Shown: in pieces, positions 20,089-30,944 of the stretch
Numbering within the stretch: position 1 is the stretch's first letter
Layout of the letters: every line of letters begins with the position of its first letter
NCBI GenBank assembly: GCA_038245295.1
Contig: JBBRSP010000009.1
Span: 160,001 to 224,000, forward strand
Direction: 5' to 3'
Source of the DNA: Candidatus Binatia bacterium
GTDB taxonomy: Bacteria; Desulfobacterota; Binatia; HRBIN30
Length of the DNA: 64,000 nt
Notes under the pieces: generated by a model
Seen by the model: only the letters and a program-made list of their open reading frames with translations
Told to the model about the DNA's origin: nothing
Database searches by the model: none
Made by a program: the position numbers and the translations under genes

Positions 20089-21213
20089 ATGATCGCTGCA
20101 CCCAGCTTGTTGCGTGTCACGCATGTCGTGCAGGCGCTCGAACTCGGTGGACTGGAACGACAAGTCATCGAGTTGGTGCGCCGCACCGATCGTCGCGTCG
20201 CCACACCAAAAATCGTTTGCACCGATAGCCTCGGCGGCTTGGCTGCTTTGGCGCCTGGTGCACCATTGTTGTGTATCGACGCGCATCCAGGATTCGACGG
20301 GCGAGCCGTCCTGCGTCTGGCGCGCCATCTTCGTCAAACACGGGCGGATATTCTCCACTCGCATAATCAACGGGCTCATTATCTTTCGCTGGTGGCCGGT
20401 CGACTGGCCGGCGTGCCGGTACACATCAACACGCGACACGGCCCCTACCTGCCGGTGACCCGCCGCGGCATTCTGCGGCGGCGAATGTTGGCGGCGTTGT
20501 CCGACGCAGTTGTTGCGGTGTCCACGGACGTCCGCGATGCGGCGCTTCGCGTCGACCACATCGCACCTGCCAAAGTGCACACCATCTTCAACGGCACCGA
20601 CATCACGGCCACGCGGCTCACACGCCAACAAGCGCGTCAGGCACTCGGCGTGTCCGACGACGTCTTGGTTGTCGGCGCCGTCGGCAGGCTGGCCGCGGAA
20701 AAGGACTATGGCACTCTGGTCGCGGCACTTGGGCAGCTCGGCACGACTCACCCCCACGTGATGGCGCTGATCATCGGTGACGGGCCGCTCTTGGCTGATT
20801 TGACGGCGAGCGCGCAGGCACAGGGTTGTAGCCGGGTGCGCTTCTGCGGTTACCGCCAAGATGCCGTGTCGTTGCTCCCGGCGTTCGACATCTTTGTGCA
20901 GCCGTCGCTTAGAGAAGGTATCGCCCTCGCCGTGATCGAGGCCATGGCGGCGGGCCTACCGGTCGTCGCAACTTCCGTCGGTGGGAATCCCGAAGCCCTT
21001 GGTGGCGGTGAGGCCGGGATCCTCATTCCGGCACGTGACGTCGACGCGCTGAAGACTGCCGTCGCGACGCTAGCCGATGACAGCACACGGCGTCGGCGAT
21101 TCGGCGAGGCTGGCCGCGCGCGCGTGACCAGGCTGTTCTCGATTGCGGCAACGACGCAAGCGTACGAGCGGCTCTACATGGAACAGGCGCGCCACAAGGG
21201 GCTCGCGGTATGA
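20089..21213 (+). CDS. Glycosyltransferase family 4
   Basis: GGLERQV, VGRLAAEK and EGIALAVIEAMAAGLPVV. ATG 20089 follows the upstream stop. Confidence 0.92.
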   Translation: MIAAPSLLRVTHVVQALELGGLERQVIELVRRTDRRVATPKIVCTDSLGGLAALAPGAPLLCIDAHPGFDGRAVLRLARHLRQTRADILHSHNQRAHYLSLVAGRLAGVPVHINTRHGPYLPVTRRGILRRRMLAALSDAVVAVSTDVRDAALRVDHIAPAKVHTIFNGTDITATRLTRQQARQALGVSDDVLVVGAVGRLAAEKDYGTLVAALGQLGTTHPHVMALIIGDGPLLADLTASAQAQGCSRVRFCGYRQDAVSLLPAFDIFVQPSLREGIALAVIEAMAAGLPVVATSVGGNPEALGGGEAGILIPARDVDALKTAVATLADDSTRRRRFGEAGRARVTRLFSIAATTQAYERLYMEQARHKGLAV

Positions 21214-22406
21214 GGATTGTCATCCTGTCGAGCTTGCTGCCGGCGACCGGCCTCAGCGATCGGCCGCCGGACGTGTGGCTGACGACGCGCGCCCTCATCG
21301 AGCGCTGCGAGGCTGTTGTCATCGGCCCCGTGCCCTGGGCTCCGCGGCTACCGCTCAAGACACCCTGGGAACGATACGGTTCGATTCCGCGCTCCGAAGT
21401 TCTCGACAACGTGACGATCCGCCATCCGCGCTACCTGGTCGTCCCCAAGACCGCGCGGTCCCTGCAAGGGCGCTCCTACGCGCGCCAGCTCGAGATCGAG
21501 CTTGCCACACTCCAGGGCAGCTTCCGCCCCGACGCGATCTTCGTCACCTGGGCCTACCCCGACACCTATGCGGCGGTACGCGTCGGCGCCAAATTGGGAC
21601 TTCCGGTGATTGCCAAGGTGGTCGGATCAGATGTGAACCTCCTTCCGGAGGTGGGTCTGCGGCGCGACATCGGATACGCTCTTCACAATGCCGACCGCGT
21701 CGTCGGCATCTGCCAAGACCTGTGCACCAAGGCGATTGCCCTTGGGGCTCGGCCGGATCGTTGTGTCGTGGTCAAGAATGGCCTCGAGCTGCAACAGTTC
21801 CCGATGCGGCCGCGCGACACATGCCGCACGGAGCTGGCGATTCCTCTGACGGCCGACCTGATGGTATACGTTGGCAGCCTGAAACACGTGAAGGGCCCTG
21901 ACCTCTTGATGACTGCTTTCGCCTCGATAGCGACTCAACGCCCCGAAGCTCGCCTCGTCCTGATCGGTGAAGGCCCCCTACGTGCGTCGTTACAAACTCA
22001 AGCGCAGGCGCTCGGTGTCGGCGAGCGCGTGTTGTTCCTCGGTCGAAGGCCCCACACGGAGGTGGCGGCCTGGATGAACGCGGCCGATCTCCTGGTCCTC
22101 CCGAGTCGTTCCGAAGGACTGCCCAACGTTGTGACGGAAGCCTTGGCGTGCGGCACGCCCGTCGTTGCGACGCGTGTCGGTGGCGTCCCGGAAGCATTCG
22201 CAGCCGGCGTCGCCGGCGTCCTGGTCGAAGCGGAAAACAGCGCGGCGCTTGGCCAGGCAATTGTCTTCGCGTTGCAGCAGCCGTTCGCGCGCGACACGGT
22301 TCGTTCTTCCCTGAAGCCGCGGTCATGGAGCACCGCCGCCGCCGAGCTCTTGCAGGTGATCGAAGGTGCGGTGCACGAGCGCCGAAGTGGGGCGGGCGCG
22401 TTGTGA
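21210..22406 (+). CDS. Glycosyltransferase family 4 (TuaC-like)
   Basis: GSDVN and EGLPNVVTEALACGTPVV. Confidence 0.92.
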   Translation: MRIVILSSLLPATGLSDRPPDVWLTTRALIERCEAVVIGPVPWAPRLPLKTPWERYGSIPRSEVLDNVTIRHPRYLVVPKTARSLQGRSYARQLEIELATLQGSFRPDAIFVTWAYPDTYAAVRVGAKLGLPVIAKVVGSDVNLLPEVGLRRDIGYALHNADRVVGICQDLCTKAIALGARPDRCVVVKNGLELQQFPMRPRDTCRTELAIPLTADLMVYVGSLKHVKGPDLLMTAFASIATQRPEARLVLIGEGPLRASLQTQAQALGVGERVLFLGRRPHTEVAAWMNAADLLVLPSRSEGLPNVVTEALACGTPVVATRVGGVPEAFAAGVAGVLVEAENSAALGQAIVFALQQPFARDTVRSSLKPRSWSTAAAELLQVIEGAVHERRSGAGAL

Positions 22407-23578
22407 ATCCTTCCGTTGCCGTCGTCGCACAGGTGGTCTTCTGGTCTGCCGCGCTGGCGTTCGTACACAGCTACCTCCTCTACCCGCTCATCGTCTTCCT
22501 TCTGGCACGCCGTGGCGCCGCGTCGGCGTCGACGGACCGGCAGAACAGCGCCCATCCCAAAGTGTCGTTGCTGGTTGCCGCGTACAACGAAGAGCTGGTC
22601 ATTCGACGCAAAGTCGAGAACTGCCTCGCCTTGCGTTACCCAGGCGAACGAATCGAGATCGTCATCGCCAGTGATGGTTCGACCGACCACACAATGGCAA
22701 TTGCCGAAGAGTACAGCTCGCGCGGTGTCCGCGTCCTCGCGTATCCGCTTCGCCGCGGCAAACCCGCCACCCTCGATCGTGCCGTGCTGCAGACCGACGG
22801 CGACATCCTGGTTTTCTCGGATGCCAATACCTTGCTCGATGCCGACGCCATCGAGATGCTGGTGCGGCATTTCGCCGATGAGCGCATCGGTGCGGTCTGC
22901 GGCGAGCTGATCCTTGAGAGTCCGGGTGGCTCCGGACGCGAAGAGGAGCGCTATTGGCGTTACGAGCAGCGACTCAAGGCGACGGAAAGTGCCGCCGGCA
23001 CCGCGCTGGGAGCCAACGGTGGTATCTATGCCATCCGGCGCGGGCTCTTCGAGCCGCTTCCTGACAATCTTTTGATTGACGACTTCGTCATCCCGATGCG
23101 CGCCGTCGAGAAAGGCTTTCGTGTAGCGTACGACCGCCAGGCGGTGGCGCGCGAGGAGACGGCGCCCGACGCGGCCGCGGAATTTCGTCGTCGTGTCCGC
23201 ATCGGCGCCGGCGGCTTTCAGGCGATCTGGCTGCTGCGCCGCTTGCTGAACCCACGGCGCGGCTTCGTTTGCTTCGCCTTCTTCTCGCACAAGGTATTGC
23301 GCTGGCTCGGGCCGTTCCTGCTGCTCGCCGCCTTCTTGTCGTCCCTCTTGCTCGCCTCGCGACCTATCTACGCACTTGCGGTGATTCTGCAGTTGGGATT
23401 CTACGGTGGCGCAACCGCCGGAGCGTTGATCGAACAATCGGGCCGTTCCTGTCGCCTGCTGCGTCCACTCTACTACTTCGTCATGATCAATCTGGCATTG
23501 GCCGTCGGGTTCGTCCGCTGGCTGCGTGGTACGCAACACGCGGCGTGGGAACGTACGGCGCGGCGCCAAGCGAACTAA
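22403..23578 (+). CDS. Glycosyltransferase family 2 (membrane-bound)
   Basis: AAYNEE, SDGSTD, FSDAN, IDDF and RRVRIGAGG. The GTG start overlaps the upstream TGA. Confidence 0.92.
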   Translation: MNPSVAVVAQVVFWSAALAFVHSYLLYPLIVFLLARRGAASASTDRQNSAHPKVSLLVAAYNEELVIRRKVENCLALRYPGERIEIVIASDGSTDHTMAIAEEYSSRGVRVLAYPLRRGKPATLDRAVLQTDGDILVFSDANTLLDADAIEMLVRHFADERIGAVCGELILESPGGSGREEERYWRYEQRLKATESAAGTALGANGGIYAIRRGLFEPLPDNLLIDDFVIPMRAVEKGFRVAYDRQAVAREETAPDAAAEFRRRVRIGAGGFQAIWLLRRLLNPRRGFVCFAFFSHKVLRWLGPFLLLAAFLSSLLLASRPIYALAVILQLGFYGGATAGALIEQSGRSCRLLRPLYYFVMINLALAVGFVRWLRGTQHAAWERTARRQAN

Positions 23579-23583
23579 CAACG

Positions 23584-24681
23584 ATGCTGCCGCGAAACGT
23601 CGAGCTTTGGCTGCCCGGTCTGCTCGCCTCACAACGCCGACGCGGGGTGAGCGCCGCAACACCGATTGAAGTCTTCTTTTGCATCGCCGATCACTTCGAA
23701 CCAGCCCGCGGTGCGGCCCCGCTGAACGTACAACGCACCCGCGTTGCTGTCTGGACGGAGCATTACCCGCGCCTGGCCGAACAGTTCCGCGACGTAGACG
23801 GGCGGCCGCCACAGCACACCTTTTTCTATCCGCAAGAGGAATATCATCCGGAGCACCTCGACGCCCTCGCCGGCCTTTGCCGCGCCGGCCTCGGTGAGGT
23901 CGAGATTCACCTGCATCATGACGCCGACACGGCGGCCGGACTGCGGGGCAAACTGGAACGCTTCAAGACCCAGCTGCACGGCCACGGGCTGCTGTGCCGC
24001 ACGCGTCACGACGACACGCTGCAGTATGCGTTCATCCATGGCGACTGGGCGCTCGACAACTCACGCCGCGACCGCCGCCTGTGCGGCGTCAACAACGAGC
24101 TCTCTGTGCTCAAGGCAACCGGCTGTTACGCCGACTTCACCATGCCCTCGGCTCCGAGCGAGACGCAAACGGCAACCGTGAATCGGATCTACCGCGCTAC
24201 CGACGATCCGCAAAAACCGAAATCCCATGATACCGGTATTGCCGTCGAGACCGGGCGGCCGGGCCAGGGCGACCTGCTGCTCATCCAAGGCCCGTTGCGG
24301 CTCGATTGGCGTTCGCGCAAATGGGGGCTGCTGCCGCGACTGGAAAACGGCTCGTTGCACGCGTCGAATCCTCCGACCGCTGATCGCTTTCAGCTGTGGC
24401 TCGACGCCGGAGTCGGCGTGATCGGTCGTCCCGAATGGATCTTCGTCAAGGTGTACACACACGGCGCCGTCGAGGAAAACGCCGCCGTGCTTCTCGGACC
24501 AGCCATGCAGCGCTTTCACGCCGACATCGCGCGGCGCTTCAACGACGGCTCACGCTACCGGCTGCACTACGTAACGGCGCGTGAGATGGCAAACCTGGTG
24601 CTCGCCGCCGAAGCCGGAGAGCGTGGCGATCCGAATCAGTTCCGAGACTACCACTTGCTGCCCGTAGCGCAGGGTCGTTGA
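23584..24681 (+). CDS. Conserved EPS-locus protein, putative metal-dependent deacetylase/hydrolase fold
   Basis: IADHFEP, EIHLHH, FIHGDWALDN and YADFTMPSAP. Confidence 0.65.
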   Translation: MLPRNVELWLPGLLASQRRRGVSAATPIEVFFCIADHFEPARGAAPLNVQRTRVAVWTEHYPRLAEQFRDVDGRPPQHTFFYPQEEYHPEHLDALAGLCRAGLGEVEIHLHHDADTAAGLRGKLERFKTQLHGHGLLCRTRHDDTLQYAFIHGDWALDNSRRDRRLCGVNNELSVLKATGCYADFTMPSAPSETQTATVNRIYRATDDPQKPKSHDTGIAVETGRPGQGDLLLIQGPLRLDWRSRKWGLLPRLENGSLHASNPPTADRFQLWLDAGVGVIGRPEWIFVKVYTHGAVEENAAVLLGPAMQRFHADIARRFNDGSRYRLHYVTAREMANLVLAAEAGERGDPNQFRDYHLLPVAQGR

Positions 24682-24699
24682 CGTCGCGGCACTACACGT

Positions 24700-24782
24700 C
24701 GCAGGCTGAAGCCTGCGCCTACCGATCCGCCGCACCGTGATCCGCCGCACGGTGAAATGGTAGGCGCAGGCTTCAGCCTGCG
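24700..24782. repeat. GTAG-family REP doublet, copy 2, between convergent genes
   Basis: Same arms as 12452-12531; the spacer contains GATCCGCCGCAC twice. Confidence 0.85.
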
Positions 24783-24794
24783 GACGACCAATCG

Positions 24795-26096
24795 TTACCC
24801 CGAGAACCGCGCGAGCAAACGTACCAGAACGTAGGTGCCAATGATCCCTCCCATCGTCAGCAATACGATGTTGCGGACAACCGCCAGCGAGATCCTGAGA
24901 TCCGGCGCCGGTTCATACTCACGCGCCAGGGAAACGTGACAGGCGCCCATGCCGACCAATGTGAAGAGGACCATGCCGTATTGGCGCGACAAGAAGCAGC
25001 AGCTGGTCAGGACTCCAACAGCGCAGGTGAGAAGCGACTTGCGCCAGCGTTCAATTTCGATCGGAGCGCCCTCGGGTGATACCGACAGAACTCCCTTGAG
25101 CAGCCAGTAGCAAATCCCCGTGAAGAAGAAGGCGCCGAAAAAGCCGAGCTCGGCGAAGGTATGCACGAAAGAATTGTGGGCGACGCGTTCATGGAACTCC
25201 ATGAAGCGGCCGTACCCGACGCCGAACAGTGGGTGCCACTTGAACATCAGCAGAGCAGCGCCCCACGCTTGCAGTCGGTCCTGAGCCGACGCTTCGGAGC
25301 TCGTGAGCATGCTCAAGCGGGATGGACCGAGGGCAACCACAGCGGCAAACATCCCGGCCGCGACAACCGCGCCGCTGAGCCGGCCAAGGCGGCGAACCGC
25401 TTGCAGCGCCACGACTACGGCGAGGCCGACCATGCCGCCGCGCGAGTTGGTGTAGAACAGAGCGGCAATGATCGGCACCAGAAGGGCGGCGGCGAAGGCA
25501 CGTCGCGGCATCCTCCAGGCTTTCTCGGTTGCTTCATCGATGAGAAACGGCACGGCCATGAGCAGTGCCATGGCGAGATCGTTCGGATCGTTGAAGATGC
25601 CGGTGCCGCGAATACGTCCGTCCAGCAGCGGACGCACGCCGCCGAAACCGAACCTCGTGTGGAACTGTATGACGCCGCTCAACGCCAGGAATACGGTTCC
25701 CAGAATGACGGTGCGCACGAAACCCTCGAACTGCCGCCCATCACGGATCGCGAAGCGCATGAGAAAGTAGTAGAAGACCACTTTGAAGAAATCGGCGAGA
25801 CCAAGGAAGGCGCCGCCAAACCATCCCCAAGCGAGATTCGAAGCAACAATCGCAAGCCAGAAACCCAGGACGAATTTATCGTGCGGCAGATCCCAGAATT
25901 TGCGCGGTTTGGCGAGATACGACAGGCCGGCCAAGGCGACGGAAATCGCCGCGAGCAACTCGACGACCGGGAACGACGCCAATGCCGGCACGAGCTCGCC
26001 CGGGCGTACGTAAATCGCCGCCACGTAGGCGAGCAGGCAGAGGTAGACCACGTCGTTATCCCGCCTGAGATATGGCAGATTGTCGCGAGGCGGCAA
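24795..26096 (-). CDS. O-antigen ligase / Wzy polymerase family membrane protein
   Basis: FNDPNDLA, TNSRGG, PLFGVGYG and AHNSFVHTFAELG. Start uncertain. Confidence 0.9.
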   Translation of the reverse strand: MPPRDNLPYLRRDNDVVYLCLLAYVAAIYVRPGELVPALASFPVVELLAAISVALAGLSYLAKPRKFWDLPHDKFVLGFWLAIVASNLAWGWFGGAFLGLADFFKVVFYYFLMRFAIRDGRQFEGFVRTVILGTVFLALSGVIQFHTRFGFGGVRPLLDGRIRGTGIFNDPNDLAMALLMAVPFLIDEATEKAWRMPRRAFAAALLVPIIAALFYTNSRGGMVGLAVVVALQAVRRLGRLSGAVVAAGMFAAVVALGPSRLSMLTSSEASAQDRLQAWGAALLMFKWHPLFGVGYGRFMEFHERVAHNSFVHTFAELGFFGAFFFTGICYWLLKGVLSVSPEGAPIEIERWRKSLLTCAVGVLTSCCFLSRQYGMVLFTLVGMGACHVSLAREYEPAPDLRISLAVVRNIVLLTMGGIIGTYVLVRLLARFSG

Positions 26097-26134
26097 ACCG
26101 ACGGGCGATGCAGCGTAACAAGGTTCGCCAATCC

Positions 26135-27328
26135 ATGAGCCCGCGTCGACGCCGATCCTTGCAGGAGGCCGGCAGCACCAGCCGCTGGAAAGTCTGGCTC
26201 ACGCGGCTGTCCCTTCTCGTTGTTGGCGTCCTGCTCGCCGGCACGAGCCTCGAACTGGCGGTTCGCGTGTTCAGGCCGATGAATCTCGACTTCTACAACT
26301 GGCAGAAGATCAAACGGGTGTCGCAACGACCTGGGCAGGAGTTCGAGCTCATCCCGGGCGCGCACAGTGACTTCTACGAAGGCGTCCCCGTAACGATCAA
26401 TCAACTCGGTTTGCGTGATGCGGAGATTGCCATCCCGAAGCCGACCGGTACGGTGCGCATCCTGGGCATCGGCGATTCCGTCGCCTTCGGATACGGAGTT
26501 CCTCTCTCGGATACATATCTCAAAGTGCTCGAGTCGGACCTCAACGGCGACGCTGCCGGCGCCCGCCACTACGAGGTCGTCAACGCCGGCATGGAAGCAA
26601 CCGGCCTGGACTACTACTACCGCTTCCTCGAATCGTCGGCGGCGGCGCTCGAACCCGATCTCGTCCTTGTCGGCATCACCCTCAACGATATCGCCGACTA
26701 CCACCACCGCGGTACAGAGCCCGATGCGCGCGCTTTCTCGGACCGCTCGCTGATTCGCCGCGTCAACACCTTCCTGCTCTTTCACTCACAGGCCTATTTC
26801 TCAGGCTATGTAAGCCTGAAGTCGTTGCTCTACCGATCCGGCGTTGTCGATTTCAATCAGGAACATTGGTCGGACATTGCGACCTTGCAACCGCCATCGC
26901 CCGAGCAGCGCGAAGCGTGGGACTCCAGTCGCGAGATGCTGGCCAACATCACAACCTCGGCGCGTAACCACGGCTACCCGTTGGTGTTCGTCGTCTTCCC
27001 CATGGAAGTGCAGTTGGATCAGCGCTCGCTGGAGTTGTATCAGCACCAGCTGCATCTCGCGGTCACCACAGAGGCCCTGCGCGGCGTGCCGCAGGAAGAA
27101 GTGTTGCGATTCGGCGCCGCTTCCGGCGTACCCGTGGTTGACCTCCTGCCGGCGTTCCGTGCCGCCGGATCCAATGATCTGTTTCTGCGCGGCCGCAGCA
27201 TGAGCGCCGATCCGGTGCATCCATCACCCAACGGACATCACGTCGCCGGCCACGAGTTATTTCGCTTCCTCAAGCAGGAGTCGTCCCTCACGACGATCAT
27301 CCGTCACGGGAGTACCTCGGATGGGTAG
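26135..27328 (+). CDS. SGNH/GDSL hydrolase (AlgX-like), membrane anchored
   Basis: GDSVAFG, LND and DPVHPSPNGH. Confidence 0.88.
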   Translation: MSPRRRRSLQEAGSTSRWKVWLTRLSLLVVGVLLAGTSLELAVRVFRPMNLDFYNWQKIKRVSQRPGQEFELIPGAHSDFYEGVPVTINQLGLRDAEIAIPKPTGTVRILGIGDSVAFGYGVPLSDTYLKVLESDLNGDAAGARHYEVVNAGMEATGLDYYYRFLESSAAALEPDLVLVGITLNDIADYHHRGTEPDARAFSDRSLIRRVNTFLLFHSQAYFSGYVSLKSLLYRSGVVDFNQEHWSDIATLQPPSPEQREAWDSSREMLANITTSARNHGYPLVFVVFPMEVQLDQRSLELYQHQLHLAVTTEALRGVPQEEVLRFGAASGVPVVDLLPAFRAAGSNDLFLRGRSMSADPVHPSPNGHHVAGHELFRFLKQESSLTTIIRHGSTSDG

Positions 27329-28394
27329 TCGACCGCTCCTGCAACGCCTGCTCTTGGTCGCAGGAGCCCTGGTAATTTCCCTCGGCGGCCTCGAGGTCGG
27401 TCTGCGCGTGTTCTCGGCGCTGGCGTTCTCGAAGATGATGGTGTTGGATGACACGTTGGGTTGGAAGCATGTCGCCAACGGCACCAAGACGTTCCACGAT
27501 CCACTGGGCGAGTCAGTCCGTATGAGCGTCGATAAGGACGGTCTGCGTGGGCCGCCGCGCGCCGAAACCAAACCGCCGGGAGTGTATCGCATTCTCGCCC
27601 TCGGCGATTCGTTTGCCGAAGGTGCACAGGTCAACAACGACGAACTATTCAGTGCCCGCCTCGAGAATAGTCTACGCCAAACCGAAGTGCTGAATGCCGG
27701 TATTGGTGCCTACTCCACCGTGCAGGAATATCTCTACCTGCAACAACAGGGATTGCGCCTGCAACCCGACCTCGTCCTGCTGTTGTTTTTCGACGACAAC
27801 GATCTCCCCGAGAACACCATGCCCTACTATGCCGGTTTCGGGCCGCGTCCATACGCAAAGATTGTCGACGGTGCGGTCCAACTCGTGCTCAACCCCGATC
27901 CGACGGACTACTTGAAGTACACTCTCCCAGCTCCGTTCCGTCTCGAGCTCAATCGCCACAGCTACCTCTATTACTTTTTGAATCGGCAGATCTATCAGCG
28001 CTGGCGCGCCACGGAGATGCAGCAGTGGGAACAAGACGACGCTCACAAGGTGAATGGGTCCGATCAGTTCCGCATTCTGTTCTGGTTGGTGGACGACATG
28101 CAGAAGCGTCTCGCGGAGCGTGGGATCGATTTCGTTCTAGTCCTCGTGCCGGCCAGTCAGGAGGCGGCCTCCGGACGATCCGCCACCATCGATCGCGTTG
28201 AATCATTTTGCCAGCAGACCGGTATGCGTTGCTTGTCCCTGCTCGAACGTTTCCACCACGAGCCTGACGCCGGGCGGGCACTCTATTTCCTCAACGACAT
28301 CCACTGGACCAAAGAGGGCCATCGTGTCGCCGCCGACGAGATCCGCCGTTACCTCGCTTCCCATATTCCCCCGCTGGCCGAGGCTGAGCACTGA
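27321..28394 (+). CDS. SGNH/GDSL hydrolase (AlgX-like)
   Basis: GDSFAEG, DND and DIHWTKEGH. Confidence 0.88.
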   Translation: MGSRPLLQRLLLVAGALVISLGGLEVGLRVFSALAFSKMMVLDDTLGWKHVANGTKTFHDPLGESVRMSVDKDGLRGPPRAETKPPGVYRILALGDSFAEGAQVNNDELFSARLENSLRQTEVLNAGIGAYSTVQEYLYLQQQGLRLQPDLVLLLFFDDNDLPENTMPYYAGFGPRPYAKIVDGAVQLVLNPDPTDYLKYTLPAPFRLELNRHSYLYYFLNRQIYQRWRATEMQQWEQDDAHKVNGSDQFRILFWLVDDMQKRLAERGIDFVLVLVPASQEAASGRSATIDRVESFCQQTGMRCLSLLERFHHEPDAGRALYFLNDIHWTKEGHRVAADEIRRYLASHIPPLAEAEH

Positions 28395-28425
28395 TGCGCC
28401 GCCGGCATTCACACGGGTGTCGCGC

Positions 28426-29448
28426 GTGATCGCCTATCGCCCCTATGTGGGAGCCGACCACGATGCAGTGCTGGCGCTGCTGACCGAAGGTATGCCGGCG
28501 GCCCATGCGGCTGCGAAGCGCGCCATGTTCCATTGGCAGTTCTTCGAAAATCCTCACGCCGACGGGCATAGCCCCTTCCTCGTGGCGGTTGCCGACGACG
28601 CCATTGTCGGGATCAACGCGATGATGCCGGTCCGCATCGTCTACCACGGGCGTCGGCGTATGGCCGGATGGTCGTGCGATAGCCGGGTCGACGATCGCTT
28701 CCGCGGCCGCGGCATCGTGCCGGAGCTGGTGCGTCGGTTGCAAAGCGACATCGGCATTCTGATGGGCTACGGCATTACCGACTCCATGATGCGGGCGCTC
28801 GACAAGGTTCCATGGGAAACCAGCCCCGATCTCACCGGGTTTTTCTTCTACGCCAACGAGCGCGGCGCGAAAGGTTTGATGAAGAACCTTCACAGTCGTA
28901 TCTCGCGCCGCATGCGCCAAGCGGCGCGACGCGACGACATACGGATAAGCGTCAACCAGGACGTCGACTTCGGCAACGATGTTGATGATCTTTGGACGCG
29001 TAGCGCGCCGACCTACGTCAGCGCCGTCGAGCGCGACGCCGCCTACCTGAACTGGAAGTACCGGCGACATCCATTGCTGTCCTATTGTTGGTACGCCGCC
29101 CTCCGCGACGGGCAGCTCAGCGGAGTGCTCGTGGCACGCCCGGACGCCTCGACGTCGGTGATTGCCGACTATTGCGGGCCGCGCGGCGACGCCGTGCTTC
29201 TGAACCAGCTGCTGCACACCGCCGTCGACGATTTATCCGCCCGCGGCACGGCACGGATCCGCTGCGAAACGACCGACCCGGACGTAGCCTCGGCGCTGCA
29301 ACAGAACGGCTTCCGACAATCTGTCGGCGTCTATCGCTTTCGCTGCGGCTGCAGTGACGGCTCAAGCCCGCACCCCTTGCGCGGCTTCTTCCTGATGACC
29401 GGCGACAGCGACAACGACCTGACCGCCGTGCTGCGTGCCGCGGACTAG
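28426..29448 (+). CDS. GNAT family N-acetyltransferase (two-domain)
   Basis: VDDRFRGRGI, RDAAYLNWKY and terminal GDSD. Start approximate (GTG). Confidence 0.82.
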   Translation: MIAYRPYVGADHDAVLALLTEGMPAAHAAAKRAMFHWQFFENPHADGHSPFLVAVADDAIVGINAMMPVRIVYHGRRRMAGWSCDSRVDDRFRGRGIVPELVRRLQSDIGILMGYGITDSMMRALDKVPWETSPDLTGFFFYANERGAKGLMKNLHSRISRRMRQAARRDDIRISVNQDVDFGNDVDDLWTRSAPTYVSAVERDAAYLNWKYRRHPLLSYCWYAALRDGQLSGVLVARPDASTSVIADYCGPRGDAVLLNQLLHTAVDDLSARGTARIRCETTDPDVASALQQNGFRQSVGVYRFRCGCSDGSSPHPLRGFFLMTGDSDNDLTAVLRAAD

Positions 29449-30944
29449 TCCGCCGAAGGCGAATCCTCGTAACCGCGCAGGTAGAGCGCAACCGGCGGGC
29501 CGTATCCGCAGCGTGCGATCACTTTCTCCATCGCCGCATTGGTCTTGTAGGTGTCGAGGTAGGTGACGGGGTGCCCACGCTGAAGCAGGGCGTTGATCGC
29601 CGACGACAGGGCCAACGTCGCCAGGCCGCGGCCGCGGTATTCAGGATGCGTCCACGCCGGCCCGATGACCGCGTCTTCCGGCTCGACACGGTAGTACGCA
29701 CACCGACCGTAGGTGATCCAGCCGTCACCGACGATGCGCTCGTCGGCGATCACGCAGTAGTAGGCACGCCGCGGTGTGAGCAATTTGGCGGCGACCTTGA
29801 TCAGCTGCGGCCATGAAAAGTGACGCCGCGCCGCGTCTCCGATGGCAAGCAGCGCACCCACCGTCGGGACATCATGATAGACCGCCCCGGGCACGCGCCG
29901 AAGCGCCAGCGGCACGACGCGGCGCTGCCGGTATACCTTCTGAAACGTCAGGTTGGCGGGAATCTCGAGCGTGACCTGCAACGGCTCCGAATCGTTTGAG
30001 GGCAACGCGGCTGAACCACGATCTTCCATCATTTCACCCAAAACCCAGTCAACTCGGTATGGTACGAATGCCATCTTCTTCTTGAACCGCCGCATCGTCG
30101 GCGACGCGCCGAAGAAGTTACCGTAACGGTAGTACCTGACTTGCGGATGATTGCGGTACATCGACTCTGCGATATCAATGATGAGCATCGGCACGATGCC
30201 GTCTGATTGGTGCGCCGCGTGGCCGAGAATGTGGCTGATGCTGCAAATCTCGCCGGCGACCAGGCAGCCGGCATACGCAACCAGCTTGTCGTCACGCAGA
30301 ATTCCGAACCACGGATAGTCGTGTGTCGGGTTCCGCGTCGGCGGATCGGTGCACAACCCTATCCCGTTGCGCAATAATTCCTCGGGAAGCTTGCCTTGGC
30401 GAACATCGGCCGATCGGCAGATCTCGCGAATGCTGTCCTGGTGCGCGTTGATATCGATGCGCTCGCAGCGATACCCAAGGCGGATCGCCTTCCTGTAGTT
30501 GCGCCGCGCCGACGCTTCGATCAGCTCGAAATACTCGCCGAAGGTCAGCGGCAGCGGGCATACGCTGACCCCATGGCGCTCGCGCCGCACGAGCGGTAGC
30601 CGCGGGTGGAAGCGCCGTGATTCCTCGTAGAATTCACGTACGACGCCAGCGAAAAACGGATCGTTGTCGGCCGTCGCGGCATAGTTGAGGTTGATGCGAA
30701 CATGCGGCAGTCCGAGTAGGAGCCAGAGGTCCTGCAGAACAGGATGTTCGCTGAGCCGACGGCTCTGCCGTTGATCAATCGGGTCGGGTGGTGGTGGGTG
30801 CATAACAGCGAGAGCCCATCTGGGCTGCTGCATGCCATAAATGAATGCGACCTCACAGGAGTCAAGCGGTCGATCGCTGTGATGCTTGCCTCGCCGCGCG
30901 AAGTATGACCGAATCCGCCCGCCATCGCCCCGCCGATGAGCCAC
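29445..30944 (-). CDS. Tandem GNAT-domain protein (FemAB-like plus classic GNAT)
   Basis: ARRNYRKAIRLG...LGHAAH..DGI...FKKK, and C-terminal THPEYRGRGLA...N.AM. Real start probably 30803 or 30833. Confidence 0.75.
   Translation of the reverse strand: MAHRRGDGGRIRSYFARRGKHHSDRPLDSCEVAFIYGMQQPRWALAVMHPPPPDPIDQRQSRRLSEHPVLQDLWLLLGLPHVRINLNYAATADNDPFFAGVVREFYEESRRFHPRLPLVRRERHGVSVCPLPLTFGEYFELIEASARRNYRKAIRLGYRCERIDINAHQDSIREICRSADVRQGKLPEELLRNGIGLCTDPPTRNPTHDYPWFGILRDDKLVAYAGCLVAGEICSISHILGHAAHQSDGIVPMLIIDIAESMYRNHPQVRYYRYGNFFGASPTMRRFKKKMAFVPYRVDWVLGEMMEDRGSAALPSNDSEPLQVTLEIPANLTFQKVYRQRRVVPLALRRVPGAVYHDVPTVGALLAIGDAARRHFSWPQLIKVAAKLLTPRRAYYCVIADERIVGDGWITYGRCAYYRVEPEDAVIGPAWTHPEYRGRGLATLALSSAINALLQRGHPVTYLDTYKTNAAMEKVIARCGYGPPVALYLRGYEDSPSAD

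Noticed and set aside
21998..23812. Long antisense ORFs (also 44328-46052, 47886-49358, 55402-56880, 60015-61370)
   Set aside because: Shadow frames of well-supported high-GC genes.
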